A stretch of 64,000 nucleotides of DNA from Octopus vulgaris. Taxonomy: Eukaryota. Made by a program: the position numbers and the translations under genes. The stretch spans positions 135,594,001-135,658,000 of the forward strand of contig OX597817.1 of the NCBI GenBank assembly GCA_951406725.2. The letters are read 5' to 3'. The notes under the pieces are model-generated. The model saw only the letters and a program-made list of their open reading frames with translations, had not been told where the DNA came from and made no database searches. Each line of letters begins with the position of its first letter. The stretch's first letter is position 1. Shown here in pieces: positions 11,960-25,551 of this stretch.

Positions 11960-12857
11960 ATTCATGCGAACTGCCATGCTTCACAGCAGTGAAACATGGG
12001 CCGTGACTGCTGTAGACATGTGTAGGCCCAAAAGAAATCATGATCCGTTGGATGCGTAATGTCAGTATGCACACACAACAGAATGTAAGCACCCTGAGAG
12101 AAATGTTGGACATAAGAAGCACTGGATGTGGCATGCAAGAGAAACGTTTGCGTTGGTAATGTCATGTACTAGGGATGGACGAGGAGAGCTGTGTGAAGAA
12201 GTGGCACTCCCAAACAATGGAAGGAATCCAGAGTAGAGGGAGACCCAAGAAGACATGGTATGAGGTGGTTAAACATGACCTTTGAACGTTGGGCCTCACA
12301 GAGGCAATGACAAAAGACTGAGACCTCTGGAGGTATGCTGTGACTGAGAAGACCTGGCAAATAAAGTGAGTTCACAGCTGTAACCTACACCAGTGTCACA
12401 TAACCAACCCACTCAAAAGTACCTTGGATCGCAGGGCAACATGCCGTGCTTGAGGAGACCTTATTGAGTCAAGTACATCAAAATCAAATCAAATCAAATC
12501 AAATTACAATCAAATGGAAATTGTAGTGGTGACCCCCGTGCCAGTGGCATGTAAAAAGCACCATCCGAATGTGGCTGATGCCAGTGCCGCCTTGACTGGC
12601 TTGCGTACCAGTGGCACATAAAAAGCACCATCCGATTGTAGTCATTGCCAGCCCTCTGGCCCCTGTGCTGGTGGCATGTAAAAAGCACCCACTACACTCA
12701 CGGAGTGGTTGGCGTTAAGAAGGGCATCCAGCTGTAGAAACACTGCCAGATCAGATTGGGGCTTGGTGCAGCCTCCTGGCTTCCCAGACCCCAGTCGAAC
12801 CGTCCAACCCATACCAGCATGGAAAATGGACATTAAATGATGATGATGATGATGATG
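11960..12857 (+). mobile_element. 5'-truncated RTE-type LINE
   Basis: RTAMLHSSETWAVTA..RW.RNV..RGRPKKTWYEVVKHDL fragments, followed by the family-C 3' UTR and (TGA)n tail. Confidence 0.85.
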
Positions 12858-14952
12858 TTTCTAAAGGCAGTGAGCAAGCAGAATCCTTAGGATGCTGGAT
12901 AAACTGCTTAGTGGCATTTCATCTGTCTATACATTCTGAGTTCAAATTCCACTGAAGTCAGCTTTACTTTTCATCCTTTCAGGGTGGATTTTAACACTGG
13001 GGTCGATGTAATCAACTTTCCCACCCTTCAAAATTGCTGGCCTTGTACCAAAATAAGAAAATATTATTATTGTTATTTTTGTGGTTGTTCACTCCCGACT
13101 CTGTTCTAATTAAGCAGACCTATGATCCATTGCATTCCAGTTGTGACCATCCCATCTTATTCCTGTGTGGAAAGGACCCTGAACCACATTGGACAAAGTC
13201 TGTTCTTAGGATGATGGAGTATAATTTGAAGGAAATTTGTCTACTATTATTAGCAGGCTCAGTGACCACATTGAGGGGGCCAGTGAGGATGATGATGAAG
13301 ATGGCGGCAGTAGTAGTAAGGGGTTGGTGGTGGTGATGGTGACAATGATAATAAGAATGACAATGACAACTACGATGGTGGTGGTGGTGGTGAGGAGGAG
13401 GAGGAAGTGGACCTTAGGAAATTTAGTTCTTTCTCATATTTTATTTAAATATTACCATATCAGAAAAATTCATTTTAGTTTATATTGTTTCAATTAACAA
13501 ACACTTTAATTAATTAGTATAACTGTCATTTTACTACTAATCACCCAGTTTTCTTGTACAGTGATTACAACTGAAGGGAAAGTCGGGTCTGACATATCCT
13601 CTGTCATTAGATCCAGGTCATTTGAGATTTAAAGCTGGTAATGATGGACAAGATAGTGGAGCACCACCCTAGATTCATTACAGCTTTCAGCTTTATTCCA
13701 AGTTCAACTCCAACAATGATCAACTTTGCCTTTCAGTTGGGGCTGTTGTTGTTGTTATTGTTACTGCGGTTTAGCCATTGGTTAGTCCTGATTCGGCAGA
13801 GATATGATCAAAAGCATTTCAATCATGATGGTTCTTATTTTGTTTATCTAGAACTACACGTTCTAAAGTTTCATTCGTTTGTAAGGCAGCATAGTGTGGT
13901 TTGAAGGAGATTCAGCTGTTATTTCTAACAGGCTCAGTGAATGCATAGAGGTTCAATGTAAAGTACTAGTTGTAGCAAGGATTTTGCTGAGGTTTGAAAC
14001 ATCACTCTCAAATTTTCCCTGCTCAGGATCATTACCTACAGTATCATAACGCTATAAAAGGCAATGCATCACCATAAAAGGTGACACCTATGCAAATGTG
14101 GCTCAACCAATTAATACTAACTAACTTATTATGGTTGGTGTGGAAAACTTGAAATGAAGTACGTGAGTTTTCTCACCAAATAGCTAGATTGAAGTTTCTG
14201 GATAGTTTGGCTTACAGTTATAAAAAGCTGGTGAATTCAACCTCAGATTAGAGACACTTAGTTGTTTATGTAGAGCAATGCCACTTTGTTCAGTGAGTTG
14301 ATTTCTTGCTCTTATTCAGTTATTCTTATTTAACAGGTTTTTATTGCATTCAACAAAACACATTAGTCTTGAATTGTGATGTTCAATCATGCAAATTGAT
14401 TATTAGCAGTTTAAGTTCCATGTACTTATATCATCTTCATAGTAATATATTGGCAGTGAGGGAGACCAATATACTTCTCCAATACAACTATGGACAAATG
14501 CAAACAAACATGTGCGACAAATAGCACAATATTTTTTCCAGCCATAGTCCAGAAATGAAGTATTAACCAAGAAAATCCTGTCTCAATCAATACATTCACT
14601 TAGGTAGCTTCAAATGATTATGGATTCACAAAAAAACCTTCCCAGAATCCCTGCTTCTCTGATATTAAATTATGACAACTTGGTGACATCGTTGCATGAC
14701 AACCATTTACTTACCTGTCATATTAAAGATGTACTAATTACTTGTTGGCTTCATTCACTTCTGATCAACTTTGTGGAACCATTTTTTACTTGTTTGTTTC
14801 TGTGTTTTCTGTTTTGTCTTTATGCTTTGCTCTGATAATGATTATCATCTGACACTATGGGTTCAGTCAATCGCATACAATAACGACATCACTCAACAAA
14901 TAAATACCCAGGAAATTAGTAAATACAACATATAAATTGATAATTAGTCATA

Positions 14953-15164
14953 TAACCCTTTCGTTACTGCATTTATTTTGAGATGCTCTGTATTTCTTTC
15001 AATTAATTTTAAATATAACGAAGAATTTAGTAAAATAACTTAGTTATCATTCAGCTAGTGTTAGGAACATAAATTGTGACTAAGGTGGAAGATTTTAATT
15101 CAAAACTTATGAAAACAAGACATTTGTACTCAGAGCCAGAGCTGGATAGGTAATGAAAGTGTAA
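14953..15164 (-). mobile_element. piggyBac-like MITE (same family as 22355 and 23464)
   Basis: Reverse complement of the 22578-22807 unit; terminal CCCTTTCGTTAC. Confidence 0.75.
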
Positions 15165-15332
15165 ACAGTAAATTAATTGAGTATATTTTAAAAATCAATG
15201 TCTCATTTCTTTGGAGTTTTATTTTAAAGTAATCTGTAATGGTTTTGAAATTTCTATTTTTGTTTTTCCAAATTTATCATCAGTCCAATTGTACTTTTTA
15301 TTGATTATCGTTATCCAAATTACCTTGATATA

Positions 15333-15685
15333 TAGGTATGGCTGTGTAGCAAGAAGTTTCCTTGCAAACCACATGGTTCCAGGTGGCACCTTGCGCAAGT
15401 GGATTCTCCTACAACCTCAGTCAATGACCAAACACAAGTAAGTGGATTTGGTAGACAGAAACTGAAAGAAGCCTGTCATATATATATTGTGCCGATGTAT
15501 GTGTTTGTCTTTGTCCCCTCTACTGCTTGACAACTCGTGTTGGTATCTTTATGTCCCCATAATTTAGTGGTTTGGCAAAAGTGACCAATAGAATAAGAAC
15601 TGGGGTCAATTCGTTTGGCTAAAATTCTTCAAGGTGTGCCTCACCTTGACCGTAATCTAATGATCAAAATAACTTAAAAGATAAA
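15333..15685 (+). mobile_element. tRNA-headed SINE, family B (diverged)
   Basis: Reverse complement of the 48655-49060 type element: tggctgtgtagcaag head, ggcaccttg.gcaagtg core, tail ending ..aaaag. Confidence 0.75.
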
Positions 15686-16814
15686 AAAAAAAGATTAATT
15701 GTACTTTTTACTTTTTATTCAAATAAATATTTCATATCAATATTATTTTAATTATCAAAATGCCAATTATATTTATACAAGACATGGCAGAACAATTGGT
15801 CAAGTTTTACTTGACCATTGATATGACACTAACAAAGTTAAACAGGTACTTTTATTTACTTTTACTTTTATCAGTTTCAGCTCAAAGCTGTGGCCATGCT
15901 GGGGCACCCCCATTAAAAGGCAATGGTGTTTTCATATCTTTTATATTTTACTTGTTTCAGTTATTAGACTGTGGCCATGCTGGGGCACTGCCTTAAAGCA
16001 TTTTAGTTGAATGAATTGATCCCAATTCTTTGTTAACCTCTTACTTATTCAATCGGTTTCACACCTGCACCTATACTGCTAATATTTTATCATTTCTCTT
16101 TTTTTAGTTGCCATAATGGCTTGCCTTGGTACACCCTCTGCATTTGTTACGGAAAAGTTTGTCAACCTGTAAAACGTGGGGAGGTTTTTGTTTTTGCCAC
16201 ACCCTGTATTCGAACAACTGTTTGTTGTATTTTCCCCTGAGTTATTGTCAGCCTAAGTGATTGTTCTAAATTATGCATAGAACTACTCCATTTTATCCAT
16301 CTGTCCTGAATCAATGTCAATGAAACTATGTCACTACAAAGTATTCAGCTCTTTCCAGTCACCTCAATCTTTCTTCTCAACAGTATCGATCTCTCTCTCT
16401 CCCTCTGTCTGTGTCACTCTATGTCAACTCCCTCCCTCCTTCTCTCTCTCTCTCTCACACTATTTCTCTCTTTCTTCCTTCCAACTTACCTGACTACCTT
16501 CCTTCCTATTGATCTGCTTTTCTTTCATTGTTTCTCTCTGTACCTGTTCTGCAGGTGGGTAACCCCAGCTATAAAACCATAAATAGTTTCTCCCCAGGGC
16601 AGGGCACAAAACCCATCACCAAGGGTTCATATTCAACCTGATATAAACAGTTATCAAGGTTACTTCACCAAGGGACCATCATTTGTTATTAAGGTCATCA
16701 TCAACATTATATATTTAATTATAAAAACTCTAATCAAGTCTTTTATAATTAGCCAACGATGTTATTAATTATTCCATGATATCATCTGTTATTTATTTTC
16801 TGGTCTCTTTGTCT

Positions 16815-17238
16815 TTTATATTTTACTTGTTTAAGTCATTAGACTGCGGCCATGCTGGGGCACTGCTTTGAAGAATTTTTATTTAAATGACTCAACCCCA
16901 GCACTTATTCTTTTATTGTTAAGCCTAGTACTTATTCTGTCACTCTCTTTTGTCAAACTGCTAAGTTACAGGGATATAAACACACCAACACCAGTTGTCA
17001 GGGAGTAGTAGGGGACAAACACAGACACAAAGGCATCCCTGCTACACACACACACACACACACACATATGCAGCACGTAAAAAGCACCCACTACACTCTC
17101 GGAGTGGTTGACGTTAGGAAGGGCATCCAGCTGTAGAAACATTGCCAGATCAGATTGGAGCCTGGTGTAGCCACTGGCTCTCCAGACCTCAGTCAAATCG
17201 TCCAACCCATGCTAGCATGGAAGACAGATGTTAAATGA

Positions 17239-17278
<40 letters not shown>

Positions 17279-17415
17279 GACAGGCTTCTTTTAGTTTCTA
17301 TCTACCAAACCCACTCACAAGGCTTTTGTAAAAGACACTTACACAAGGTGCCACATAGTGGGACTGAACCTGGAACCATGTTGCTGAGAAGCAAACTTCT
17401 TACTACACAGCCACA
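16815..17415 (-). mobile_element. Family-B SINE interrupted in its internal microsatellite by a family-C insertion (about 17070-17245)
   Basis: The 3' half (16815-17040) and 5' half (17278-17415) flank (CA)n, a family-C copy and (TA)n. Confidence 0.75.
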
Positions 17416-20400
17416 CCATTATACATATTCAGTTATAGAAACTCTCATCAAGCCTTTTATTATTAGTTAACGAGGCTATTTAAATATCAATAATTAATGT
17501 GTGATATCATCTCTTTTATTTACTTTCTGGTGTTTTGATTATTTTTTTTTTTAATTCTGAATAAAAGTAAAGAACAAAATTTTTCTTGACATCATTTATT
17601 TCAATATTCAGTTATTACGACATTCTGTGGTGATAATCTTCATCATAATGAACCATTGAGGGAGACATGGTCACTTGAAATGTTAGTAATAGCAGCCAAA
17701 TCTCCCTCAAAACATACCTGCCATCTTAAACAATAAAGGTAGAGTGTAAAAAAGTCATGATTATTTTATATCAGAATGATAAATGGGATGGCCATGACTA
17801 GAATGCGTTGACTATGGACTAATCTGGAACTAAACAACAACAACAACATGTATCTTAGCACTCATTAATCTTCAACTTTGTTAAACATAAAGCTTATTTA
17901 TTTAACTTGATTTGAATTAATCATGCCTTATTTCATAGCTTCAAGATTTCCGTGATGTGATTATTTATTTTTAGAATGACATTGCATGGTCAGCGTGAAA
18001 GGCCAATACACATCAGCCTCTGGACTGCAATGGCCAATGCTCTCTGGAGGTAGATGGTTGCATACCAGCTCTGTCCATCATACTCATCTTTTCTCAGGCT
18101 CTGCACTCACCATTCCACCAATCCTTCTTCTCCGAAATGTCAGTGCCTCACCCCTGTTTCCTTTGCAATTATTAAAATCTACCATCAACCTCTCCGATCT
18201 CTCCAGTCTAAGGAACCCATGAAGATGCCAAAACCAACCCCCTCTTGATTCAAATGTTTAAGTAGTAATAATAACATCACCATCATTAAATTCATGGTTC
18301 AATGCCTGCCTTTTCATACTCGTATGCGCTGGAGAGATTTTGTTGAGGCAGATTTTCTTTGGTCAAATTCCATTTCTGATACCAACCTTCACCTGTTTCG
18401 AAATAAATTAATATTTACCCCAAGGCCAAACATGTTTTCATGGAAGACTGGAAACTAAGGACGACACTTGCATGATGAGGGTTAGGGTTATATGAGGTTG
18501 ATTATGACCCCTTGGTGATGGGTTCTTATTAGTGTTGTGCCCTGCCCTGGGGAGAAACTACTGAAGATTTTATTGCTCGAGTTACCCACCTGCACAACAG
18601 GTACATAAAGAAACAATGAAAGTAAAGCAGATCACCTCTAACCATCAGGTAATGTCAAGGGAAGGAAATAGCAACACACACACACACATGACAGGCTTCT
18701 GTCAGTTTTCATCTACCTAATCCATTCACAAGGCCAGGGTTTATAGTAGAAGACACTTGCCTGGGGACTGAACCCAAAACCATGTGGTCGGGAAGCAAGC
18801 TTCTTACCACACAGCCATACCCAAACCTATGTGTTTGTATAAACTTTTGGTTAGAATTGAATTGAGGAGGAGAAATATGTTTCACAAAATTCTCAATATT
18901 TTCGAAGATATTCTTGCCAAATGTTTAATATTGTCTTTGGGTTTATCATGCCAAAACTCACTGAAGCTTGGAAAATATTAAAGACATATTTGGTCACTCT
19001 ATTCTTTGGCCAATTCTATATACATAAAGCCAATTACAAATTCTGGCCAATTCTACACAAATATAATTAGAAGTCTGGGTGCTGACCAGTATAATATCTT
19101 TCAACTTTTACTTGTTTCAGTTATTAGACTGTGGCCATGATGGAGCACTGTCTTGAAGAACTTTTTGTCAAATGAACTGACCCCAGTACTAACTTTTTGT
19201 TTAAGCCCATTATTTATTCTATCGATGTATTTTGTTCAACTGCTAAGTCATGGGGGTGTAGGCACACCAACATCAGTTGTTTGTCAGTAGTAGGGGACAA
19301 GCACAAACACACACACACACATAGATATATACAACAGGCTTCTTTCAGTTTCAGTCAACAAAATGCTCTCACAAGCTTTCAGTCAGCCTAGGGTTATAGA
19401 AGAAGACACAAATTTCAGTAAATAATGCTGCAATTGTGTTTAATTTTTGGAGTAATTAAAGTATAAAGAGCCATCAGTCATGAGCAAGTATGGCTTGCTA
19501 ATATATTCCATATTTTCACTAATTGTTTTAGGTTCCTATGTTATGAAGAACTCTCATCAACCGTCTTATCTTTGACCCAGCAACACATCCAGTGGGGGTG
19601 GGGGGAGAGGAAGCTGCACCAGCACCTAGTTAGTACTCTTTTACAGCTGAGTGAATCCAAAAGGAAATGGTCATGGTTGGAATGTCACATTGTTCAATGT
19701 ATCCTTCCTTTTTTTAGGATAATTGTAGGTCATTTGAAAGAGATTTGGTAGCTATTTCTAGCACATCATACAAGCATGCTGTGTATTCCTTGTTGACTAA
19801 TAAATCTACTCATCTGTCATCTCCACCAACAGTAATATCATCATCATCATCATTTAATGTCCATTTGCCATACTGGAACCGGTTGAATAGTCTGATGAAT
19901 AAGAGAATTGCATTGAGCTCCAATGTCTACTTTGGCAGACAGTTTCTAGGGTTTGATGCCCTTTCAAATTCAAACCACATTATAGAGTGTACTGGGTGCT
20001 TTTTGAGGAACCAGCATGAAAGCACAACAAACAAGTCTTTGATACCTCTGCCAGCTATTTCAAAATAGTAATTCTTCAATTTGTACAAATAACAGATCAA
20101 ATTAAAGAGACAGTTCTTTGGAGTTTGAATGGAACAAATTTCTTTCTATCACACAATTTCTTTAACTCATCCAAAGTCACAATAACAGCAAGCAGTTTCC
20201 ACCACCTTTAGCAATTTGAAATCTATAAAACATATTCCTTACAACCAAATTAAATACTGTAACAGCTTATAGCTCAAAGGCCCACAGCTTCTCAATACAC
20301 AGCTAAAGGCCCCGGGGATCTACAAGGAATAGGTTATGGATGTGTTCAAAGAATATGAAGACAACTTCTTATCTGATATAGCAGAGGAACCCACATCACT

Positions 20401-21109
20401 ACAAGAAATGCAAAGAAGGGCAGCTAAGTCCAATTCATTATTTTCCATAAATTGTTTCCAAAGTCCAAAGACAGGACGGGGCAAACGAGTTTAAAATAAA
20501 CAAGCATTAGTGCTGATGGTGGTGCTGCAGCATGGCCACAATCCCTGGCTGAGGCAAGTAATAGAATAGAATCAATTGGAAGAAGCACTGTGGTAGACTT
20601 AGTTCACCGGTTCCATATAAAGAAATGGTCTTTGGTAAAGCAAAATTCCACCAGCAGACTAAATACATCATAAAGAGCGATGTATTTTCTGTTGTTAAGT
20701 GGTTACGATGTAGTTCTTTGGTTCATTCAAGGTAACAGCCAAATCTCCCTTCGTTAAACACCTTACTATCTTTAAAACTTTAAAATGGGGACTGCATATT
20801 TTAAGTTCTTCAGGGTGTGTGGGGTTGGGGGTGGAGAAAAAAAAACCTCCCAGATTTTACAGATTTTCAACAGCAAAAGCATTGGTGTGCACTGGTTCCA
20901 ACCGTCATCATCATTTAATGTCCATTTCTCATGCTGGCATGGGTAGGATGGTTCAACAGGAGGGGGAGTGGAACTGAGGGGAGGAGTGGCTGTGAGCCAG
21001 GGGAGGGGTTAGTGTATAATAGACAAAAATAAAGGGGGTAATTGGCTACCCCTGTGGAACAAGGAGGAAGAGGAAGGGGAGAGAGTTAGAAACAGATAGA
21101 CAGACAGCC

Positions 21110-21141
<32 letters not shown>

Positions 21142-22091
21142 TGAAATAGATAATGCTGGAAATGTATTGGTGTTTATCTACAGGAAGCATCATCATCATC
21201 ATTTAACGTCCGTTTTCCATGCTAGCATGGGTTGGACGGTTCGACTGGGGTCTGGTAAGCCATGGAGACTGCACCAGGCTCTAGTCTGATTTGGCAGTGT
21301 TTCTATAGCTGGATGCCCTTCCTAACACCAACCACTTCGTGAGTGTAGTGGGTGTTTTTTACGTGCCACCAGCACAGGGGCCAGAGCAGGCTGGCAAACG
21401 GCCACGATCGGTTGGTGCTTTTACGTGTCACCGACAGGGATACACAGTGGGAGAAATATAAGTAGTATAAAGGGGGGGGGGGGGTGTTCCACAAGATTGT
21501 GGGGGGAAGACCATGACAATAAAAAAAAAAGATTAGTTATATGGAGACACTGTTATCACCTGCCTGAATTTAATAGTTGCTATAGCAATGGCTGTGTGGT
21601 CAGTGTAGATGTTATATTAATCAACTTCTTCAATCAATTGGGAACCTCAGTGTCATAAGTCATGAGTCTATTCAATCACAGATGATTAAAGCTTAAACTT
21701 AACAAACACACTTTTAAGTCTCAACAAGATTGTCCTTCTACAGTTCTAGTTCTTTGTGCTCTGAGTTCAAATCCTGGTATGACTTACCTGAGTGGCACAC
21801 TGGGTTTAACACCACAACCTGCCACCTTAGGCAGGTGGCTTTAGTGTGGGCCGTTCTGTTGCAAGTATCTGGGTCAGGTCTCCAGCTTGATGATCCCAAT
21901 CTGTCTCTGAAGTTCTGGGTTATAGGCACAGCCTTTCCTCTTCAGTAAAACAGTGAAAAAGTAAAAAGAAAAAAAACTACACACACACATGCACACAATT
22001 ATGTAAACAGTCACTGAGTATCTCTTTATTTACTTTTGATAAAGCATTACTTATCAAAGACCTACCACTGCACACACACACACACCAATTC

Positions 22092-22310
22092 TTATTTCTT
22101 TATTACCTACAAGGGGCTAAACATAGAGGGGACAAACAAATGGATTAAGTCGATTATATTGACTCCAGTGCGTAACTGGTACTTATTTAATCGACCCTGA
22201 AAGGATGAAAGGCAAAGTCGACCTCGGCGGAATTTGAACTCAAAACTTAGCGACAAACGAAATACTGCTAGGCATTCCGCCCAGCATGCTAACGTTTCTG
22301 CCAGCTCGCC
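22092..22310 (-). mobile_element. tRNA-headed SINE, family A
   Basis: ggcgagctggcagaa head, B-box-like gagttcaaattcc, core gactttgcctttcatccttt.ggggtcgat. Other copies at 1-108, about 5200-5340, 8985-9138, 9290-9450, 9973-10185, 12865-13065, 41705-41915 and 59292-59524. Confidence 0.85.
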
Positions 22311-22354
22311 ACCTTTTATAATCACCAGTTCTATAATCCTTGTCACATTTACAT

Positions 22355-22807
22355 TTAACCCTTTTGATATCAACACACCTCTGGTTCTGCATTACAAATG
22401 TCTTGTTTTCAAAAGATCTGAATTAAAATCTTCCCCCAAACCTTAGCCATAATTTATGTTCCTAACCCTAGCTTAATGATAACTAAGTTATTTTACTAAA
22501 TTCTTTGTTATATTTAAAGTAATCGAAAGAAACACAGAGCATCTCAACAGAACTATGGTAGCAAAATGGTTAAGGTATTAACCCTTTCGATACCAACCCA
22601 GCTGAAACTGCCTCTGGTTCTGTAGTACAAATGTTTTGTTTTCATAAGTTTTCAATTAAAATCTTCCATTAAACTTTAGCTGCAATTTACGTTCCTAACA
22701 CTAGCTTAATGATAACTAAGCTATTTTACTAAATTCTTTGTTATATTTAAAATTAATTGAAAGAAACATAGAGCATCTCAACAGAAATATGGTAATGAAA
22801 GGGTTAA
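22355..22807 (+). mobile_element. Two tandem piggyBac-like MITEs (22355-22573, 22578-22807)
   Basis: Each unit of about 220 bp is bounded by TTAA-CCCTTT...AAAGGG-TTAA (first copy AAATGG-TTAA), the piggyBac TSD/TIR signature. Confidence 0.85.
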
Positions 22808-22825
22808 TGGTATTAATAGGAAGGA

Positions 22826-23055
22826 GGCGAGCTGGCAGAAATGTTAGCACGCCGGGCGAAATGCTTAGTGGTATTTTGTCTGCCACTACGTTCTGAGTTC
22901 AAATTCCACCAAGGTCAACTTTGCCTTTCATCCTTTCGGGGTCGATTAAATAAGTACCAGTTACGCACTGGGGTCGATATAATCGACTTAATCCGTTTGT
23001 CTGTCCTTGTTTGTCCCCTCTGTGTTTAGCCCCTTGTGGGTAGTAAAGAAATAGG
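22826..23055 (+). mobile_element. tRNA-headed SINE, family A (full length)
   Basis: Complete head-to-tail copy, inverted relative to 22092-22310. Confidence 0.87.
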
Positions 23056-23463
23056 TATTAATTCCATTGAGATCATTTCCACTGATTTTGCAGCCTTAAA
23101 ATCACACAAGTCCATAATGTTCCAGTGGTCCATATAACCTTTTGAGTTGGGGAAGAATCCACCTAAAATTTTGCTGTTGAAATTTATGCAATAAATTAGT
23201 CCTACGTCTACAATACACCACATATTTTAACTGTTTTTTAATACAATTCCTAATAATGTCTAATTATAAAAATATTAAAGGATTTTTTTTAAACATCGAA
23301 TGTCTATGATGGTCCATCCAAGTAAAATAGCAATGAAAAGAGGTCCATAGGTAAAAATTGGTTAAGAACCACTGCATTAGATCAACATTGACAGAAGTTT
23401 AATCAATCTGTCCAGTACTTGATACGACATCTAACTTTTTGTCTGAGCAGAGAACTAAACTAT

Positions 23464-23693
23464 TTAACCCTTTTGTTACCAACCTGGCTGAAACTACCTT
23501 TGACTCTGTATTAGAAATGTCCTGTTTTCAAAAGTTTTGAATTAAAATATTCCATGAAACCTTAGTTACAATTTATGTTCCTAACACTAGCTTAATGATA
23601 ATTAAGTTATTTTACTAAATTCTTTGTTATATTTAAAGTTAATTGAAAGAATCACAGAGCATCTCAAAAGAAATATGATAATGAAAGGGTTAA
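23464..23693 (+). mobile_element. piggyBac-like MITE
   Basis: TTAA-CCCTTTTGTTACC ... ATGAAAGGG-TTAA; same body as 22578-22807. Confidence 0.85.
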
Positions 23694-24578
23694 TTAGCAA
23701 CAAGGATAAACATTCCATGCTTCTCCAAGAGAATATTCAGCCCAGAGTCAGACAGCTCTTCTTCTTTATGACATAAAAGCCATTCTAGTTTTTGAGCTTT
23801 TAGGATTACATTTTAGAATTACTATTTCATTGAATTCTCCAGTTTTCCTGTGAAACAAGTCAAGTGTTTTGTCACAGCACTTGGCTGTCAGCAGGAAACT
23901 TGCAATTCATAAACAATATATAAATTCTTTCAGCCACTTAATTATTTCCCTTAGTCCTTACTGTTACTTAGCCTGTAGGTAATGCTTTCATGTGATTGGA
24001 GAAAAAGAGGGAGAAAGAAAAGAGAGAGAAAGAAGCAACCATAATGTGAGGTGGAGGGAATGTAATTGTAAAGCTTTCATGTGATTAGCTGTGGCCATGC
24101 TGGAGCACCACCTTGAATGGTTTTAAGTTGAACAAATTGACCCCAGGACTTATGGGCTTATTTCAGTTTCCATCTACCAAATCCACTCACAAGGCTTTAG
24201 TCTGTCCAAGTCTGTAGTAGAAGACACTTGCTCAAGATGCTACACAGTGGGACTGAACCTGGAACCATGTGGTTGGAAAGCAAGCTACGTACCACACAGT
24301 CATGCCTGCACCTACCCCCTTTTTTTTTTTTTTTTGTTGCTGAAATGTAAAAATGTTGATTTCAAATTTTGGCACAAGGCCTGCAAGTTTGGTGGATGGG
24401 GTAAGTTGAATACATCAACCCCAGTGCTCAACTGGTAATCATTTTATCGAGGCCAAAAGGATGAAAGGAAAAATCAACCTCGATTGAAAAATATTAACAG
24501 TTACAATATGAAATTTAAGCTTCATTTTAAATTTATTTTGGTAAGGAGAAAAAGATGTATCTAGGGAAGAGGATGTGT

Positions 24579-24789
24579 TTAACACATTGAGTGCCATGTA
24601 TACAATATATGTATACATAGCACTTTACAAATGTGCCACGCATATATTTAGTGTATATATGTTTTCTCATTGAAAAATTAACTGTATACAGCGATTGTCT
24701 ACAACTGAAATACTATACGAATTTGAAAAAAACCATGTGTGGCACATGGGACCGATTTACGCAGATCCCCTTGTCACTCAATGTGTTAA
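24579..24789. mobile_element. TTAA-flanked MITE (second piggyBac-like family)
   Basis: TTAA-CACATTGAGTG ... CACTCAATGTG-TTAA: a perfect 11-bp TIR plus TTAA at both ends. Confidence 0.8.
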
Positions 24790-24865
24790 GAAAATTAACT
24801 ATAAAATATTGAGTCCAATAAGAATGTACAAAATAAATCTGAACATTTTTCAATAATGTAGTAAA

Positions 24866-24931
24866 TTTATTCATAAAAGATATGAAGAAACCAATAACAA
24901 AATGACATAACTTTTTTTAAAACAGTTTATT
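24866..24931 (-). terminator. Two candidate polyadenylation signals for BRK1
   Basis: AATAAA on the minus strand at 24926-24931 and 24866-24871, about 300-360 nt after the stop codon, followed by U-rich sequence. Confidence 0.55.
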
Positions 24932-25224
24932 TCTCCTGAATATTAATAATTATCCTATGAAAACGAAGAGTACCTATACAATGGTAACAGGTCACCATAG
25001 TACTCAAAACAGAGTGAAGTCTCAACACTAAGCCGATTCAAAAGCATGAAAACAACGGGTGGGGTGGGGGAGAGTTTTGCATGTTGGGACTGTTCCTTCC
25101 ATCAACGACTCTTGCCAAAACAACCATTTCCAGCAGAGGTTTTCTTCAGGTTTCTTCACAGTAGAGCAACTGTTGAGAATCATCCAGAACAATGTACACA
25201 CACAAATAACAAAATAAGTTAATG

Positions 25225-25251
25225 CTAGGATAACGTTTCAACTTTCGTTAT
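25225..25251 (-). CDS. BRK1: BRK1 coding exon 3 (terminal)
   Basis: tttcag acceptor, then ATA ACG AAA GTT GAA ACG TTA TCC TAG = ITKVETLS*, resembling the vertebrate BRK1 C-terminus VTKGETLT (recalled). The spliced CDS is 121+83+27 = 231 nt, or 76 aa plus stop. Confidence 0.93.
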   Translation of the reverse strand: MTKVETLS

Positions 25252-25551
25252 CTGAAACAGAAAGAAAATACATGTATAATATGTCATCATCATCATCATT
25301 TAATGTCCATTTTCCATGCTAGCAGGAGTTGAACTGCTGGCATGGGTTGGACATACATACATACATACATGGTTGAACTCTGACAATGATAGCATTTTAA
25401 CGAGATTATATTTTCAATTGATTAATTGACGAAATTATTGAACCATGAATGCACTCAGAAAACATATCAGAAACAGTTGTATGTCTATAATGCACAAATA
25501 AATGCATTAAGACCATTATTTATGCCTTTTTTTTATATATATGTATATATA

